The notes under the pieces are model-generated. The model worked only from the letters and a program-made list of their open reading frames with translations. It searched no databases and was not told the origin of the DNA. A stretch of 64,000 bases of DNA, from positions 7,098-71,097 of the forward strand of contig JAISUL010000005.1 of NCBI GenBank assembly GCA_031272145.1. Direction: 5' to 3'. Each line of letters begins with the position of its first letter. Positions within the stretch are counted from its first letter, which is position 1. Position numbers and translations under genes: made by a program. The DNA comes from Synergistaceae bacterium. Its GTDB lineage: Bacteria; Synergistota; Synergistia; Synergistales; Aminobacteriaceae. This document shows, in pieces, positions 45,854-54,694 of the stretch.

Positions 45854-46546
45854 ATGAAGGACATCGCCCGTGCCAGCTCGATTGGCCTGCGCTATTGGAA
45901 CTCCGATATAGACCTGGAAATAGCGTCGTGGTTCCCGTTCGGCGTGGACTACAAGCCGGTCTCCATAAACGAGCTCCACAGCCTGAAGCTGGAGCGGATA
46001 GCAGCGCGCTGCCTCGACGCTGGGAGCGAGTTTTTCTTCCTTTCGTCGATGTTTAGCGGCTGCGTTGGGAGCCTTATGAGGGATAATTTCTTCAGGGAGG
46101 GAGCGGCTGGCGGAGTGAACCTCGGCTTCATGATGCTTCTGGGCTACTCGCCGAAGATGGAGGAGCTCCTTGGCCGCAGCCTCGCCGGACGGCGCGACGT
46201 AAGGGCGGGGGTGGCGTTCTGCTCTCTGCGCAACAAGACCCTCGCGCTCGAAAACATGAAGGTCATAGTCCTCGTCAGCGACAGCATAATCTTCGGCGAG
46301 GAGGAGTTTTTGACGGACTTTGAGGCTATGTTCGACGGCATGGCTCCGTCCTGCACATCGTATTTCGCCGAGAAGTTCGGCTACCGGCGCTTCCACATGG
46401 CCTACGAGACGGACGACATGACCCAGCTGCGCATAGGCCGCCTGCTCTACGAGATGGAGTTTCCCGAGACGCGGCGCATGGTTGGTCCGTCGCCCGAGAT
46501 GCCGCTGCCGCCGTTTTTGAGGGTAAGCATCGGCTTCTTGGCTTAA
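45854..46546 (+). CDS. hypothetical protein
   Basis: 230 aa with normal composition. No recognised motif. Confidence 0.45.
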   Translation: MKDIARASSIGLRYWNSDIDLEIASWFPFGVDYKPVSINELHSLKLERIAARCLDAGSEFFFLSSMFSGCVGSLMRDNFFREGAAGGVNLGFMMLLGYSPKMEELLGRSLAGRRDVRAGVAFCSLRNKTLALENMKVIVLVSDSIIFGEEEFLTDFEAMFDGMAPSCTSYFAEKFGYRRFHMAYETDDMTQLRIGRLLYEMEFPETRRMVGPSPEMPLPPFLRVSIGFLA

Positions 46547-46549
46547 CAA

Positions 46550-47737
46550 TTGGGGGTGAAGGACTTGGAGATCGACGCTGAGGTCGGAACCGAAGAGGAA
46601 CTCGAAAACGAGGAAGAAACTGAGGAGAGCGGCGACGAGTCCGAGGACCGCAGGGGAGAGTACCTCGGCAAGGTTCGCAACCTGTTCCACGAGGGCCAGG
46701 GACGCGGCTTTGTGACGCATCAGGACATCGAGCGCCACGTCGCGTCTGACCTGAACTCCGACATGCTCGACACCATCCTGAGCAACCTTCAGGAGCTTGG
46801 AATAGAGGTAGTCGAGGAGGAGGGCGCGCAGCGGGGACGCGAGCCGATCATGGAGGGGGAGTCCGGCAAGTCGGACGACATCCCCTTGACCGACCCTGTG
46901 CGCATGTACCTGCGCGAGATAGGCAAAGTGGCGCTGCTGACGGCCGACGAGGAGGTAGACCTGGCCCGCAAGATGGAAAACGGCGACGAAGAAGCCAAAC
47001 GGAAGCTGACCGACGCCAACCTGCGTCTGGTCGTGAGCATCGCCAAAAAATACATAGGCAGGGGCATGCTGTTTTTGGACCTTATTCAGGAGGGCAACCT
47101 CGGCCTCATACGCGCGGTGGAGAAGTTCGACTACCACAAGGGGTTCAAGTTCAGCACCTACGCCACTTGGTGGATAAGGCAGGCGATAACGCGCGCCATA
47201 GCGGATCAGGCGAGGACTATCCGCGTTCCGGTGCACATGGTTGAGACCATCAACAAGATGGGGCGCGTGTCGCGCCAGCTCATCCAGCGCCTTGGCCGCG
47301 AGCCGACCGACGAGGAGATAGCGCGGGAGATGGAGATACTGCCGCGCCGCGTCGAGGAGATACGCAAGATAGCGCAGTTTCCTATCTCCATCGACACCCC
47401 GATAGGCGAGGAGGACGACAGCCTTCTCGGGGACTTCATACCGGACAAAGACCTGCCCGGCCCCGACGAGGTAGCCGAGGCGCACCTGCTGCGCGACATG
47501 CTGGAGAGGATACTGGAGACGCTCTCGGCGCGGGAGAGGGACATCCTGCGGTGCCGCTTCGGGCTGGAGGACGGGCATTTTTACACTCTTGAGGACGTGG
47601 GGCGGAAGTTCGGCGTGACGCGCGAGCGCATACGCCAGATAGAGGCCAAGGCCCTGCGCAAAATACGGCGAGTCGGCCAGAGCTGCCGTTTGACGGAGTT
47701 TCTGAGCGCACGGCCCAACAACCGACGGGAGGGGTGA
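46550..47737 (+). CDS. rpoD: RNA polymerase sigma factor RpoD (primary-type)
   Basis: 395 aa. Acidic N-terminus, region 1.2 [11 protein letters not shown], region 2 [25 protein letters not shown], region 4 [26 protein letters not shown]. Non-ATG start (TTG 46550 or GTG 46556). Confidence 0.9.
   Translation: MGVKDLEIDAEVGTEEELENEEETEESGDESEDRRGEYLGKVRNLFHEGQGRGFVTHQDIERHVASDLNSDMLDTILSNLQELGIEVVEEEGAQRGREPIMEGESGKSDDIPLTDPVRMYLREIGKVALLTADEEVDLARKMENGDEEAKRKLTDANLRLVVSIAKKYIGRGMLFLDLIQEGNLGLIRAVEKFDYHKGFKFSTYATWWIRQAITRAIADQARTIRVPVHMVETINKMGRVSRQLIQRLGREPTDEEIAREMEILPRRVEEIRKIAQFPISIDTPIGEEDDSLLGDFIPDKDLPGPDEVAEAHLLRDMLERILETLSARERDILRCRFGLEDGHFYTLEDVGRKFGVTRERIRQIEAKALRKIRRVGQSCRLTEFLSARPNNRREG
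47117..47211. repeat. 95-bp tract identical between the two sigma genes (partner at 48270..48364)
   Basis: Compared base by base. Covers region 2.3-2.4 codons. Confidence 0.95.
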
Positions 47738-47741
47738 TGTC

Positions 47742-48860
47742 ATGGAAGTCGAGATGAGAGAAAACGAGCCGGATATCGCCGGCGTCCCTGAGTCAGACAC
47801 AATTCATGGTCTGGTGCGGGAAGGCCAGGCTCGCGGCTTCGTGACGCATCAGGACATCGAGCGGCACGTTCCTGTTGAGACGTGGAGCTCCGAAGGCCTT
47901 GACAGCATCCTGTCCGGCCTGCAGGAACTGGGCATCGAAGTGGTCGAGGACGAAGCGGACAAGGATGCGTCACACTTCGGCGAGGAGGTGCCCCTGCTTG
48001 ACGCCGCGGACGACGACGAGCTGGTGGAGGACATCCCCATCAGCGACCCGGTGCGCACGTACCTGCACGAGATAGGCAAAGTGGCGCTCCTGAACGCCGC
48101 CGACGAGGTAGACCTGGCCCGCAAGGTGGAGGACGGCGACGAGGAAGCCAAGAAGAAGCTCATCGGCGCGAACCTGCGCCTGGTCGTCAGCATCGCGAAA
48201 AAGTACATCGGCCGTGGCATGCTCTTCCTCGACCTGATCCAGGAGGGGAACATAGGGCTCATCCGCGCCGTGGAGAAGTTCGACTACCACAAGGGGTTCA
48301 AGTTCAGCACCTACGCCACTTGGTGGATAAGGCAGGCGATAACGCGCGCCATAGCGGATCAGGCTCGGACTATCCGCATCCCGGTGCACATGATCGAGAC
48401 CATCAACAGGATGGTGAGGGCCTCGCGCGCCTTGGTGCAGCGCTTGGGACGGGAGCCGACCAACGAGGAGATCGCCGACGAGATGGAGGTCGAGCTGTCG
48501 AAGGTCGAGGAGATACGCCGCATCGCGCAGGTCCCCGTCTCGCTGGAGACGCCCATAGGCGACGAGGAGGAGACCCAGCTAGGGGACTTCATAGAGGACG
48601 GCGACAAGCCCAGCCCTGAGGACGTCATGACCGCCCGCCTGCTTCACGATGAGATAGACGCTGTCATACACCTCCTGTCGCCGCGCGAGAGAGAGGTGGT
48701 CTGCCTGCGCTTCGGCCTGTACGACGGGCACTTCTACACTCTGGAGGACGTCGGGCAGAAGTTCGGCGTGACCCGCGAGCGCATACGCCAGATAGAGGCC
48801 AAGGCCCTGAGGAAGCTCCGCAACCCCACCAAGTGCCGCAGGCTGAAGGACTATGTGTAG
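47742..48860 (+). CDS. second RpoD-like (group 1/2) sigma-70 factor, tandem paralog
   Basis: 372 aa. Starts 4 nt after the rpoD stop, with a GGGAGGGG SD inside the end of the upstream gene. All sigma-70 regions are conserved. Confidence 0.85.
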   Translation: MEVEMRENEPDIAGVPESDTIHGLVREGQARGFVTHQDIERHVPVETWSSEGLDSILSGLQELGIEVVEDEADKDASHFGEEVPLLDAADDDELVEDIPISDPVRTYLHEIGKVALLNAADEVDLARKVEDGDEEAKKKLIGANLRLVVSIAKKYIGRGMLFLDLIQEGNIGLIRAVEKFDYHKGFKFSTYATWWIRQAITRAIADQARTIRIPVHMIETINRMVRASRALVQRLGREPTNEEIADEMEVELSKVEEIRRIAQVPVSLETPIGDEEETQLGDFIEDGDKPSPEDVMTARLLHDEIDAVIHLLSPREREVVCLRFGLYDGHFYTLEDVGQKFGVTRERIRQIEAKALRKLRNPTKCRRLKDYV

Positions 48861-49146
48861 CACGCGCGCGTTCGTCGCCGCCGCCGCGTGCCTCGTATTC
48901 CTGTACTCAATGCCGAGCGGTGAGTTCACGTATGGCGATCCTCTGAGCAAGGTCTGCCAGAATGCCGCGCTTCTGGGCTACGACCTGAAGGTGGTGCCTA
49001 CGGAGCCCAGCGCGATTGACGAGTCCTGCGCCCTCGCCGTAACCAAGGGAGGGCGCAGTATCTGCGTCCTTATTTTTGACCGCAGCCTGAAGCTGATGAG
49101 CGTGGAACGCCCCGCTCCGTCCGCAAAAAAAAATAAGAAAAAATAG
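48853..49146 (+). CDS. small secreted protein (hypothetical)
   Basis: 97 aa. Signal-like N-terminus, Lys-rich C-terminus. Overlaps the sigma gene stop by 8 nt. Confidence 0.4.
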   Translation: MCSTRAFVAAAACLVFLYSMPSGEFTYGDPLSKVCQNAALLGYDLKVVPTEPSAIDESCALAVTKGGRSICVLIFDRSLKLMSVERPAPSAKKNKKK

Positions 49147-49166
49147 GAGGCAGTCGCCCTCTCACT

Positions 49167-50345
49167 ATGCTAAAAAACTTTGGCGTTCTTAAGACGCCGG
49201 AGGCCAGGGTCGCGCTCATCTCTCTGGCGCACGGCATCAACGATATGTACGCGGCGTTCCTGTCCACGTTCCTCCCGTTCATCAAGGAGAACCTCGGCCT
49301 GTCGTACTCGCTTGCCGGGAGTTTCAACGTCATAGTCGGATTCTTCCATATAATAGGCCAGCCGGTCATAGGCTACCTCAGCGACCGCATGAGGCGCCCC
49401 ATCCTTATGATGCTTGGGCCTATTTTCTGCGGCGTGGGGGCGATAATGCTGCCCAACACTCGGTCGTACTGGCCGACCATCTTCTTCGCCGGGATGTGGG
49501 GCCTAGGCAGCGCCCTCTACCACCCCCAGGGCAACGGCGGCATAGGCTACGTTGCCCGCCCCGAAAAACTCACCGGCGCCCTCACATGGTTCAACATCGG
49601 CGGGATGCTCGGCGGGATGCTGAGCCCGCTGGTGGCCGTCGGAGTCGTGCATTTTTGGGGCTACAAAGGGCTCTTCGTGACGCTCATACCGGCCGTCATG
49701 CTGAGCGCGCTCATATTCTTCTCGATGCCGCTCCTGAGGCAGGACGTCGGCACCCACCGCGCCGGCCTCGTCAGGACTCTGGGCAGCTTGTTCAAATCCC
49801 TCTACCCCCTGTGGGTGGTCGCCGCGACGCGCGACCTGCTGTTCCAGTGCGTGCGCTTCTTCCTCCCGATGAAGATAGTCGCGGAGGGAGGCGACCTTGC
49901 CGCGGTCGGCTTGGTCGTGTTCCTGACGACGTTCGGCGGGACGGTGTCGATGCCGTTCGCGGTCGCGGCGGCGCGGCGGATAGGGGACTCGCGCACGATC
50001 TTCCGCAGCCTCCTGCTGGGCTTTATGGTGATGACGGCCGGGGGATTCGTGTCCGGCTGGTGGGTTGTGCTGTTCTACATCACGGGGCTTTCGTGCGTCT
50101 ACTCCACTCTGTCGATAACGAGCGCGATGGCGCAGCGCCTGATGCCCGACGAGCGCAGCGCCGGAAGCTCGATAGTGACCGGCCTGGCGTGGGGCGTGAG
50201 CAACATCCTCATACTCCCGTTCGGCGGCCTGGCCGACCTGGTGGGGATAGACATGTCGCTGGTTATCACGAGCATGCTGCCGCTGATTCCACTGCCGTTC
50301 TTCTTCATGAAGATGCGGGCGCTGCAGGACACGCGGAGGCCGTAG
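49167..50345 (+). CDS. MFS transporter
   Basis: 392 aa with ~12 TM helices and the MFS loop motif GYLSDRMRRP. Confidence 0.85.
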   Translation: MLKNFGVLKTPEARVALISLAHGINDMYAAFLSTFLPFIKENLGLSYSLAGSFNVIVGFFHIIGQPVIGYLSDRMRRPILMMLGPIFCGVGAIMLPNTRSYWPTIFFAGMWGLGSALYHPQGNGGIGYVARPEKLTGALTWFNIGGMLGGMLSPLVAVGVVHFWGYKGLFVTLIPAVMLSALIFFSMPLLRQDVGTHRAGLVRTLGSLFKSLYPLWVVAATRDLLFQCVRFFLPMKIVAEGGDLAAVGLVVFLTTFGGTVSMPFAVAAARRIGDSRTIFRSLLLGFMVMTAGGFVSGWWVVLFYITGLSCVYSTLSITSAMAQRLMPDERSAGSSIVTGLAWGVSNILILPFGGLADLVGIDMSLVITSMLPLIPLPFFFMKMRALQDTRRP

Positions 50346-50346
50346 G

Positions 50347-50374
50347 AGGCGCTCGATCAAAGGCGCTCGATCAA
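50347..50374. repeat. perfect 2 x 14-bp tandem duplication (AGGCGCTCGATCAA)
   Basis: 50347-50360 equals 50361-50374. Intergenic, 1 nt after the MFS stop. Confidence 0.95.
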
Positions 50375-50403
50375 AAAAGGGCCTCGCGGGATTCGCGAGG
50401 CCC
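50373..50403 (-). terminator. rho-independent terminator after the ankyrin gene (left island boundary)
   Basis: Hairpin GGGCCTCGCG-GGATT-CGCGAGGCCC with a T-run on the minus strand. Confidence 0.6.
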
Positions 50404-50429
50404 TGCCCCTACTGACTCAGCGACGCGCG

Positions 50430-51395
50430 CTAACCCTTCACGGCCTTTATCAGCTCGGCCATGGCGGGGGTGCATTGCAAGGTCTTGTTCTTGGCAGAGT
50501 GGGAGAGGATGCCCTCGCCGTTGCAGTCCCGCACTTTGGGGTCGGCACCGGCGTTGAGCAGGAGGGGTATTACCTCAGGGTTGCGGTTGGACATAGCGGC
50601 GCACATCAAAGCCGTCCAGTCAACATTGCTCTTAGCGTTGACGTCCGCTCCGGCATTGAGCAGGATGGAGAACGCCTCAAGACTGGTGTTGGATATGGCG
50701 GCCCTGATCAGGGCTGTCCAGCCGTACTTGTCCTTGGCGTTGACGTCTATCCCGGCATCGATCAGGACGGAGAGCACCTTAGGGTTGCGATTCTCGCCGG
50801 CGGCGGACATCAAGATTGTCCCGCCGTCCATGTTCTTCGCGTGGATGTCCGCCCCGGCCTTGATCAGGACGGAGAGCACCTCAGGGTTGTCGTTGTCCTT
50901 GGCGGCGCACAGCAAGACCGACCACCCGTACTTGTTCTCGGCGTTGACGTCCGCCCCGGCCTTGATCAGGGTGGAGAGCACCTCAGGGTTGCTGTTGAAC
51001 TTGGCGGCGTATATCAAGGCTGCCGCACCAGTGTCTTCATTCTTAGCTTCGATCTCTGCCCCGGCCTCGAGCAGGGCGGAGACCACCTCAGGGTTGCTGT
51101 TGAACCCGGCGGCCAACATCAAGGCTGTCATGCCGCCCTCGCCCTTTGCATTGACGTCTGCCCCGGCCTCTATGGCCGCTTTGACATCCTTGGGAGTGCC
51201 GCTGGAGGAAGATACCCAAAGCCGCTGATTAGCATCGTAGTCTGCCCGTGCTTCCGTCCCCAAAAAAACCACGCAAATCCCCCCTAAAAATAACTTGGGG
51301 CCTCTCGACCCCCGGGCCTGCGGCGCTTGTGGACTGCTTCGGCAGACCGCCCATCCCTCATTTCGGATTCTATCGCACCGAACATAAAAAATCAA
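50430..51395 (-). CDS. ankyrin-repeat protein; native start codon and half of the signal peptide deleted
   Basis: About 8 ANK repeats (G.TALM.AA..N.NPEV...L..AGADVNAK). Residues ...LFLGGICVVFLGTEARADYD align with the signal peptide of the 55277 copy. A ~40-bp deletion removed the RBS and ATG. The only upstream ATG (51395) adds a non-signal 46-aa extension. Confidence 0.65.
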   Translation of the reverse strand: MIFYVRCDRIRNEGWAVCRSSPQAPQARGSRGPKLFLGGICVVFLGTEARADYDANQRLWVSSSSGTPKDVKAAIEAGADVNAKGEGGMTALMLAAGFNSNPEVVSALLEAGAEIEAKNEDTGAAALIYAAKFNSNPEVLSTLIKAGADVNAENKYGWSVLLCAAKDNDNPEVLSVLIKAGADIHAKNMDGGTILMSAAGENRNPKVLSVLIDAGIDVNAKDKYGWTALIRAAISNTSLEAFSILLNAGADVNAKSNVDWTALMCAAMSNRNPEVIPLLLNAGADPKVRDCNGEGILSHSAKNKTLQCTPAMAELIKAVKG

Positions 51396-51437
51396 GGGGG
51401 GCGTTGGGCGGAGTGCGAAAATGCCCCCATGAACCCC

Positions 51438-51466
51438 TTGACAACTGGGCTCCGAAGTGGTATACT
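51438..51466 (+). promoter_or_regulatory. strong sigma70 promoter P1 (extended -10)
   Basis: TTGACA (51438-51443), 17-nt spacer ending in TGG, TATACT (51461-51466). Part of the repeat element 51343-51488. Confidence 0.65.
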
Positions 51467-51543
51467 TAGTATACCTAGTTCAGGAGGCAATACGTTGAGC
51501 GTCAGATTATTGGAAGGCAGCTATAGTTAGGAGGCGGTTTGCG

Positions 51544-51828
51544 ATGGCGGTTAGGGTTCACATTGTTACACCTGAGGAAGAGGCTAAGGAGGAGCGGGCG
51601 AAGACGATAGGTCTTTTGAACTTCACCATCTGCCTCGACATTATTGCTTTTGTTGTCGTTTATTTAGAGTCCGTCCAGAGTGGCGTCTGGTATTGGCAAG
51701 TGTTTATCTGGACGGTGACTATCGGCGCCGGGGTTGTGCTAGCCAGCTTGAGCAAGGTATTTCGTACCATACTGGCCTATGCTTTCGTTCTTTGGGCGGG
51801 GTGGCTCACCCTTACTGGAGGCATGTAA
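51544..51828 (+). CDS. small membrane protein
   Basis: 94 aa. AGGAGG SD 8 nt upstream. 3 hydrophobic helices. Downstream of P1. Confidence 0.55.
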   Translation: MAVRVHIVTPEEEAKEERAKTIGLLNFTICLDIIAFVVVYLESVQSGVWYWQVFIWTVTIGAGVVLASLSKVFRTILAYAFVLWAGWLTLTGGM

Positions 51829-51838
51829 TATACCGTCG

Positions 51839-51875
51839 AAAAAAGGCCTCGCGGGTACTCCGCCCCGCGAGGCCT
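51839..51875 (-). terminator. rho-independent terminator (minus strand; hairpin shared with the + gene)
   Basis: AGGCCTCGCGGG-8 nt-CCCGCGAGGCCT, with an A-run on plus that is a T-run on minus. Confidence 0.6.
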
Positions 51876-51920
51876 TCATAATTAAATCCCGACATATCCT
51901 AACCGTTCTTTTCGATAATC

Positions 51921-52781
51921 CTATCCCTTGAGGGCGTCGATCAGGGCGGATAGCACTGGAATATTGCTGTGCTTGGCGGCGTACATCAGGGGCGTCCAGC
52001 CGTCGCTGTTCTTCGCCCCGGCGTCCGCTCCGGCGTCGAGCAGGGCGAGGATCACGGGGGCGTTGTCGTCCATGGCGGCACACAGCAAGGCCGTCCAGCC
52101 GGCATTGTTCTCCGCGTTGACGTCGGCTCCGGCGTTGAGCAGAGCGGCGATCACGGGGATGTTGTTGTACTTAACGGCGTACAGCAGGGCCGTACAGCCG
52201 GCATTGTCCGCCGCGTTGACGTCGGCCCCAGCGTTGAGCAGGGCGGCGATCACGGGGGTGTTGTCGTCCCTTGCGGCGTACAACAACGCCGTCTGGCCGG
52301 CATTGTCCTTCGCGTTCACGTTTGCCCCGGCGTTTAGCAGGACGGAGATCACCTCAGGGCTGCTGTCGTACCGCACGGCGCACAACAACGCCGTCCAGCC
52401 TAGTAAATTGCCCCTCGCGTTGACGTCTGCCCCGGCGTCTAGCAGAACGGAGATCACCGGGGCGTTGTTGTGCTTGGCGGCGCACAACAGGGCAGCCATG
52501 CCGGCAGCGTCCTTCGCGTTCACGTCGGCTCCGGCGTCGACGGCCTCCTGAACCTCCTGTGGGGTGCCGGTTTTGCAGAGCGCGGCGAAATCCTCCGCGC
52601 TCATCCTTCCGGCCTCGGCGCAGCCTTCCCGCTCGTCCTTCGGCTTCGGCGCGGCAGGCTCGCTCGGCGGCGCGTAAATCGCCATGCTATCCTGTAAGAT
52701 GCGATCCAGCTTCGCCTCTAGTTCGGCCTTGAACTCCTTCCACGGGACTGTAAGCATTTGCAGCCTCTCCTTTGTACTCAT
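51921..52781 (-). CDS. ankyrin-repeat protein (cytoplasmic, coiled N-terminus)
   Basis: 286 aa. No signal peptide. About 6 ANK repeats after an EDFAALCKTGTPQEVQEAVDAGADVNAKD cap. Confidence 0.85.
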   Translation of the reverse strand: MSTKERLQMLTVPWKEFKAELEAKLDRILQDSMAIYAPPSEPAAPKPKDEREGCAEAGRMSAEDFAALCKTGTPQEVQEAVDAGADVNAKDAAGMAALLCAAKHNNAPVISVLLDAGADVNARGNLLGWTALLCAVRYDSSPEVISVLLNAGANVNAKDNAGQTALLYAARDDNTPVIAALLNAGADVNAADNAGCTALLYAVKYNNIPVIAALLNAGADVNAENNAGWTALLCAAMDDNAPVILALLDAGADAGAKNSDGWTPLMYAAKHSNIPVLSALIDALKG

Positions 52782-53611
52782 CGAGTCGCCGCCCTCAGCG
52801 CGGCGAGGGCGGCGGTATTCTCCAATGCCTTGTTACGGACGGCGTAGTCCAGGGCTTTGTTGCCGCCGGCGTCCTTTGCGTTGGCGTCGGCCCCGGGCCT
52901 GAACAGGTCGGCCTTGAACAGCAGGGCGGAGACCGCGTCGGGGCCGTTATGCGCGGCGGCAAGCATCAAAGCCGTGACGCCGCCCTCGCCCCTTGCCTCG
53001 ACATCTGCCCCGCCTCTGATAAGGGCGGAGAGCACGTCGGGGTTGCCGTTGTGCTGCGCGGCGAGCATCAATGCCGTAAAGCCGTCCTTGTTTTTCGCCT
53101 CGGCGTCTGCCCCGCGCCTGAGCAGGATGAAGGGCACGTCAGGGTCGCCGTTGAACTGCGCGGCCAACATTAAAGCCTTAACGCCGTCCTTGTTCTCCGC
53201 GTTCACATATGCCCCGGCGTCTATGGCCTCCTGAACCTCCTGAGGCGTTCCGGTTGCGCACGTCTCTAGGAAGTTCTTCGCTTTGCCGGTCTTAAAAATC
53301 TTCTCCAGCGCGGCGAAGTCGTCGGTGCTAGTTAAAACTCCGTCGATCAATGCTGACAGCACGTCGGAGTTGTCGTTATGCTCGGAGGCTAGCATCAAAG
53401 CCGTCCAGCCGTCCTTGTCCTCCGCGTTCACCTTGGCCCCTGCGTTGAGAAGGACTGAGATCACGTCCGCGCTGCCGTTGAAGGCGGCGGCGTACATCAG
53501 CGGCGTCCTGCCGCTCTCCTTGTCACGCGCGTTGACGTCGGCTCCGGCATAGATGGCATCCTGAACCTCCTGAGGCGTTCCGGCTCTGCACAGCGCGGCG
53601 AAATCCTCCAC
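52778..53611 (-). CDS. ankyrin-repeat protein (cytoplasmic)
   Basis: 277 aa with a GTG start. Two cap-plus-repeat blocks. 4-nt overlap with the downstream ANK gene. Confidence 0.85.
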   Translation of the reverse strand: MEDFAALCRAGTPQEVQDAIYAGADVNARDKESGRTPLMYAAAFNGSADVISVLLNAGAKVNAEDKDGWTALMLASEHNDNSDVLSALIDGVLTSTDDFAALEKIFKTGKAKNFLETCATGTPQEVQEAIDAGAYVNAENKDGVKALMLAAQFNGDPDVPFILLRRGADAEAKNKDGFTALMLAAQHNGNPDVLSALIRGGADVEARGEGGVTALMLAAAHNGPDAVSALLFKADLFRPGADANAKDAGGNKALDYAVRNKALENTAALAALRAATR

Positions 53612-53636
53612 GTCTTACGGCCTCCTATAACTGCCC

Positions 53637-54341
53637 CTACTCCCGCTGGCCGCGGCGTTTCGCGTTGTTGCGGATGTCGTCGAGGTCGGAGGACTCGATG
53701 ACGCCAGTCCTGCGAAACTTCCTCATGGTCTTGTCCATCGTCTTGAAGTTCGCGTCTACGCCGTCGCGGTCGGCCATCCAGTTGGCCGTTCTGTCCGCGC
53801 CTATGCCGACGCGGCGAGCGGTGCGCACGGCGTCGATGTTGGCACCGAGGAAGATAAACTCCCAGCCCGCCGCCTTCTGACGCTCGATCATCGCCTTGAC
53901 CTGCTCAGCGGAGTACTCGCGGCTGCTGTTTTCCTCGCCGTCCGTGATGATGACGAACATCACTTTCTCAGCGCGCTCGCCTTCCTCCGTTTGCGACTGG
54001 GTGTTGCTGACCTTGTTGATCGTCATCCCAATCGCATCAAGAAGCGCGGTGTTGCCTCCCGCCTGATACTCCTGTTCCGTGATCGGGCGGACTGACCCGA
54101 TGGGAACGCTGTCGTGGAGCAGCGTGTAGTTTGTGTCGAACAAAACCGTCGTGACGCGGCACTCGCCGTCGGACGCGTCGGGGGTGAATATCCCCTCGGA
54201 GGTGATTATCATGTCAGGCGGCACCGTCTCTCGCTGCTGGGCAAGCATTGAGTTGTAGCCTCCGATGGTGTCGGACTCCAAGCCGCTCATGGAGCCGCTT
54301 TTGTCGAGAATGAACACCAGTTCCGTTAAACCTTTTTTCAT
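53637..54341 (-). CDS. vWA domain protein
   Basis: ATG 54341 follows a GGGGGG SD; 234 aa. MIDAS DKSGSMS, GNTALLD and ITDGEENSS. First gene of the vWA-ANK-ANK operon. Confidence 0.85.
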   Translation of the reverse strand: MKKGLTELVFILDKSGSMSGLESDTIGGYNSMLAQQRETVPPDMIITSEGIFTPDASDGECRVTTVLFDTNYTLLHDSVPIGSVRPITEQEYQAGGNTALLDAIGMTINKVSNTQSQTEEGERAEKVMFVIITDGEENSSREYSAEQVKAMIERQKAAGWEFIFLGANIDAVRTARRVGIGADRTANWMADRDGVDANFKTMDKTMRKFRRTGVIESSDLDDIRNNAKRRGQRE

Positions 54342-54460
54342 AGTGAAACCCCCCATATAAAAGCCAAAGTAAAGTCCACCGGCGCAGACCGCCGTACCCA
54401 AGAACACCGCACAAATCCCTGCCGAAACAACCCGCGCAAAATCTACATACTAACCCCTCC
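54342..54460 (-). pseudogene. decayed ankyrin-type RBS, start and signal-peptide remnant upstream of the vWA gene
   Basis: Minus strand reads AGGAGGGGTTAGT ATG TAG ATT TTG CGC GGG ... and aligns with AGGAGGGGTTAGT ATG GTG AGT TTG CGC AGG of the copy at 55277. Stop at codon 2. Confidence 0.55.
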
Positions 54461-54590
54461 TATTCGGGGAAGGGGTTGCCAATCCCAAGCAGACCACTCA
54501 TCCCTCATATCGAATTATATCACACCGAACACAAAAAATCAAGTGGAACATGAGGGGCGGAGGTGCGAAAATATGACCCCCATGACCCCC

Positions 54591-54619
54591 TTGACAACTG
54601 GGTTCCGAAGTGGTATACT
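54591..54619 (+). promoter_or_regulatory. strong sigma70 promoter P2 (extended -10), paralog of P1
   Basis: TTGACA (54591-54596), 17-nt spacer ending in TGG, TATACT (54614-54619). Part of the repeat element 54490-54643. Confidence 0.65.
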
Positions 54620-54694
54620 TAAGTTACGCCACGTTCAGGAGGCGGTGCTGGCGTCCGTGGCGGCCAACGTTTGTTTAGAGAGGATGTGTTAGTT

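Noticed and set aside
45542-47800. 752-aa ORF on the minus strand, the longest ORF of this region
   Set aside because: It is antisense to the two RpoD-like genes, which have unmistakable sigma-70 motifs. Its translation is Arg/Ala/Leu/His-rich junk typical of GC-rich antisense frames.
49496-50557. ORFs 49496..50557 (+) and 49503..50360 (-)
   Set aside because: They are out of frame or antisense to the MFS transporter gene. Arg-rich, with no TM character.
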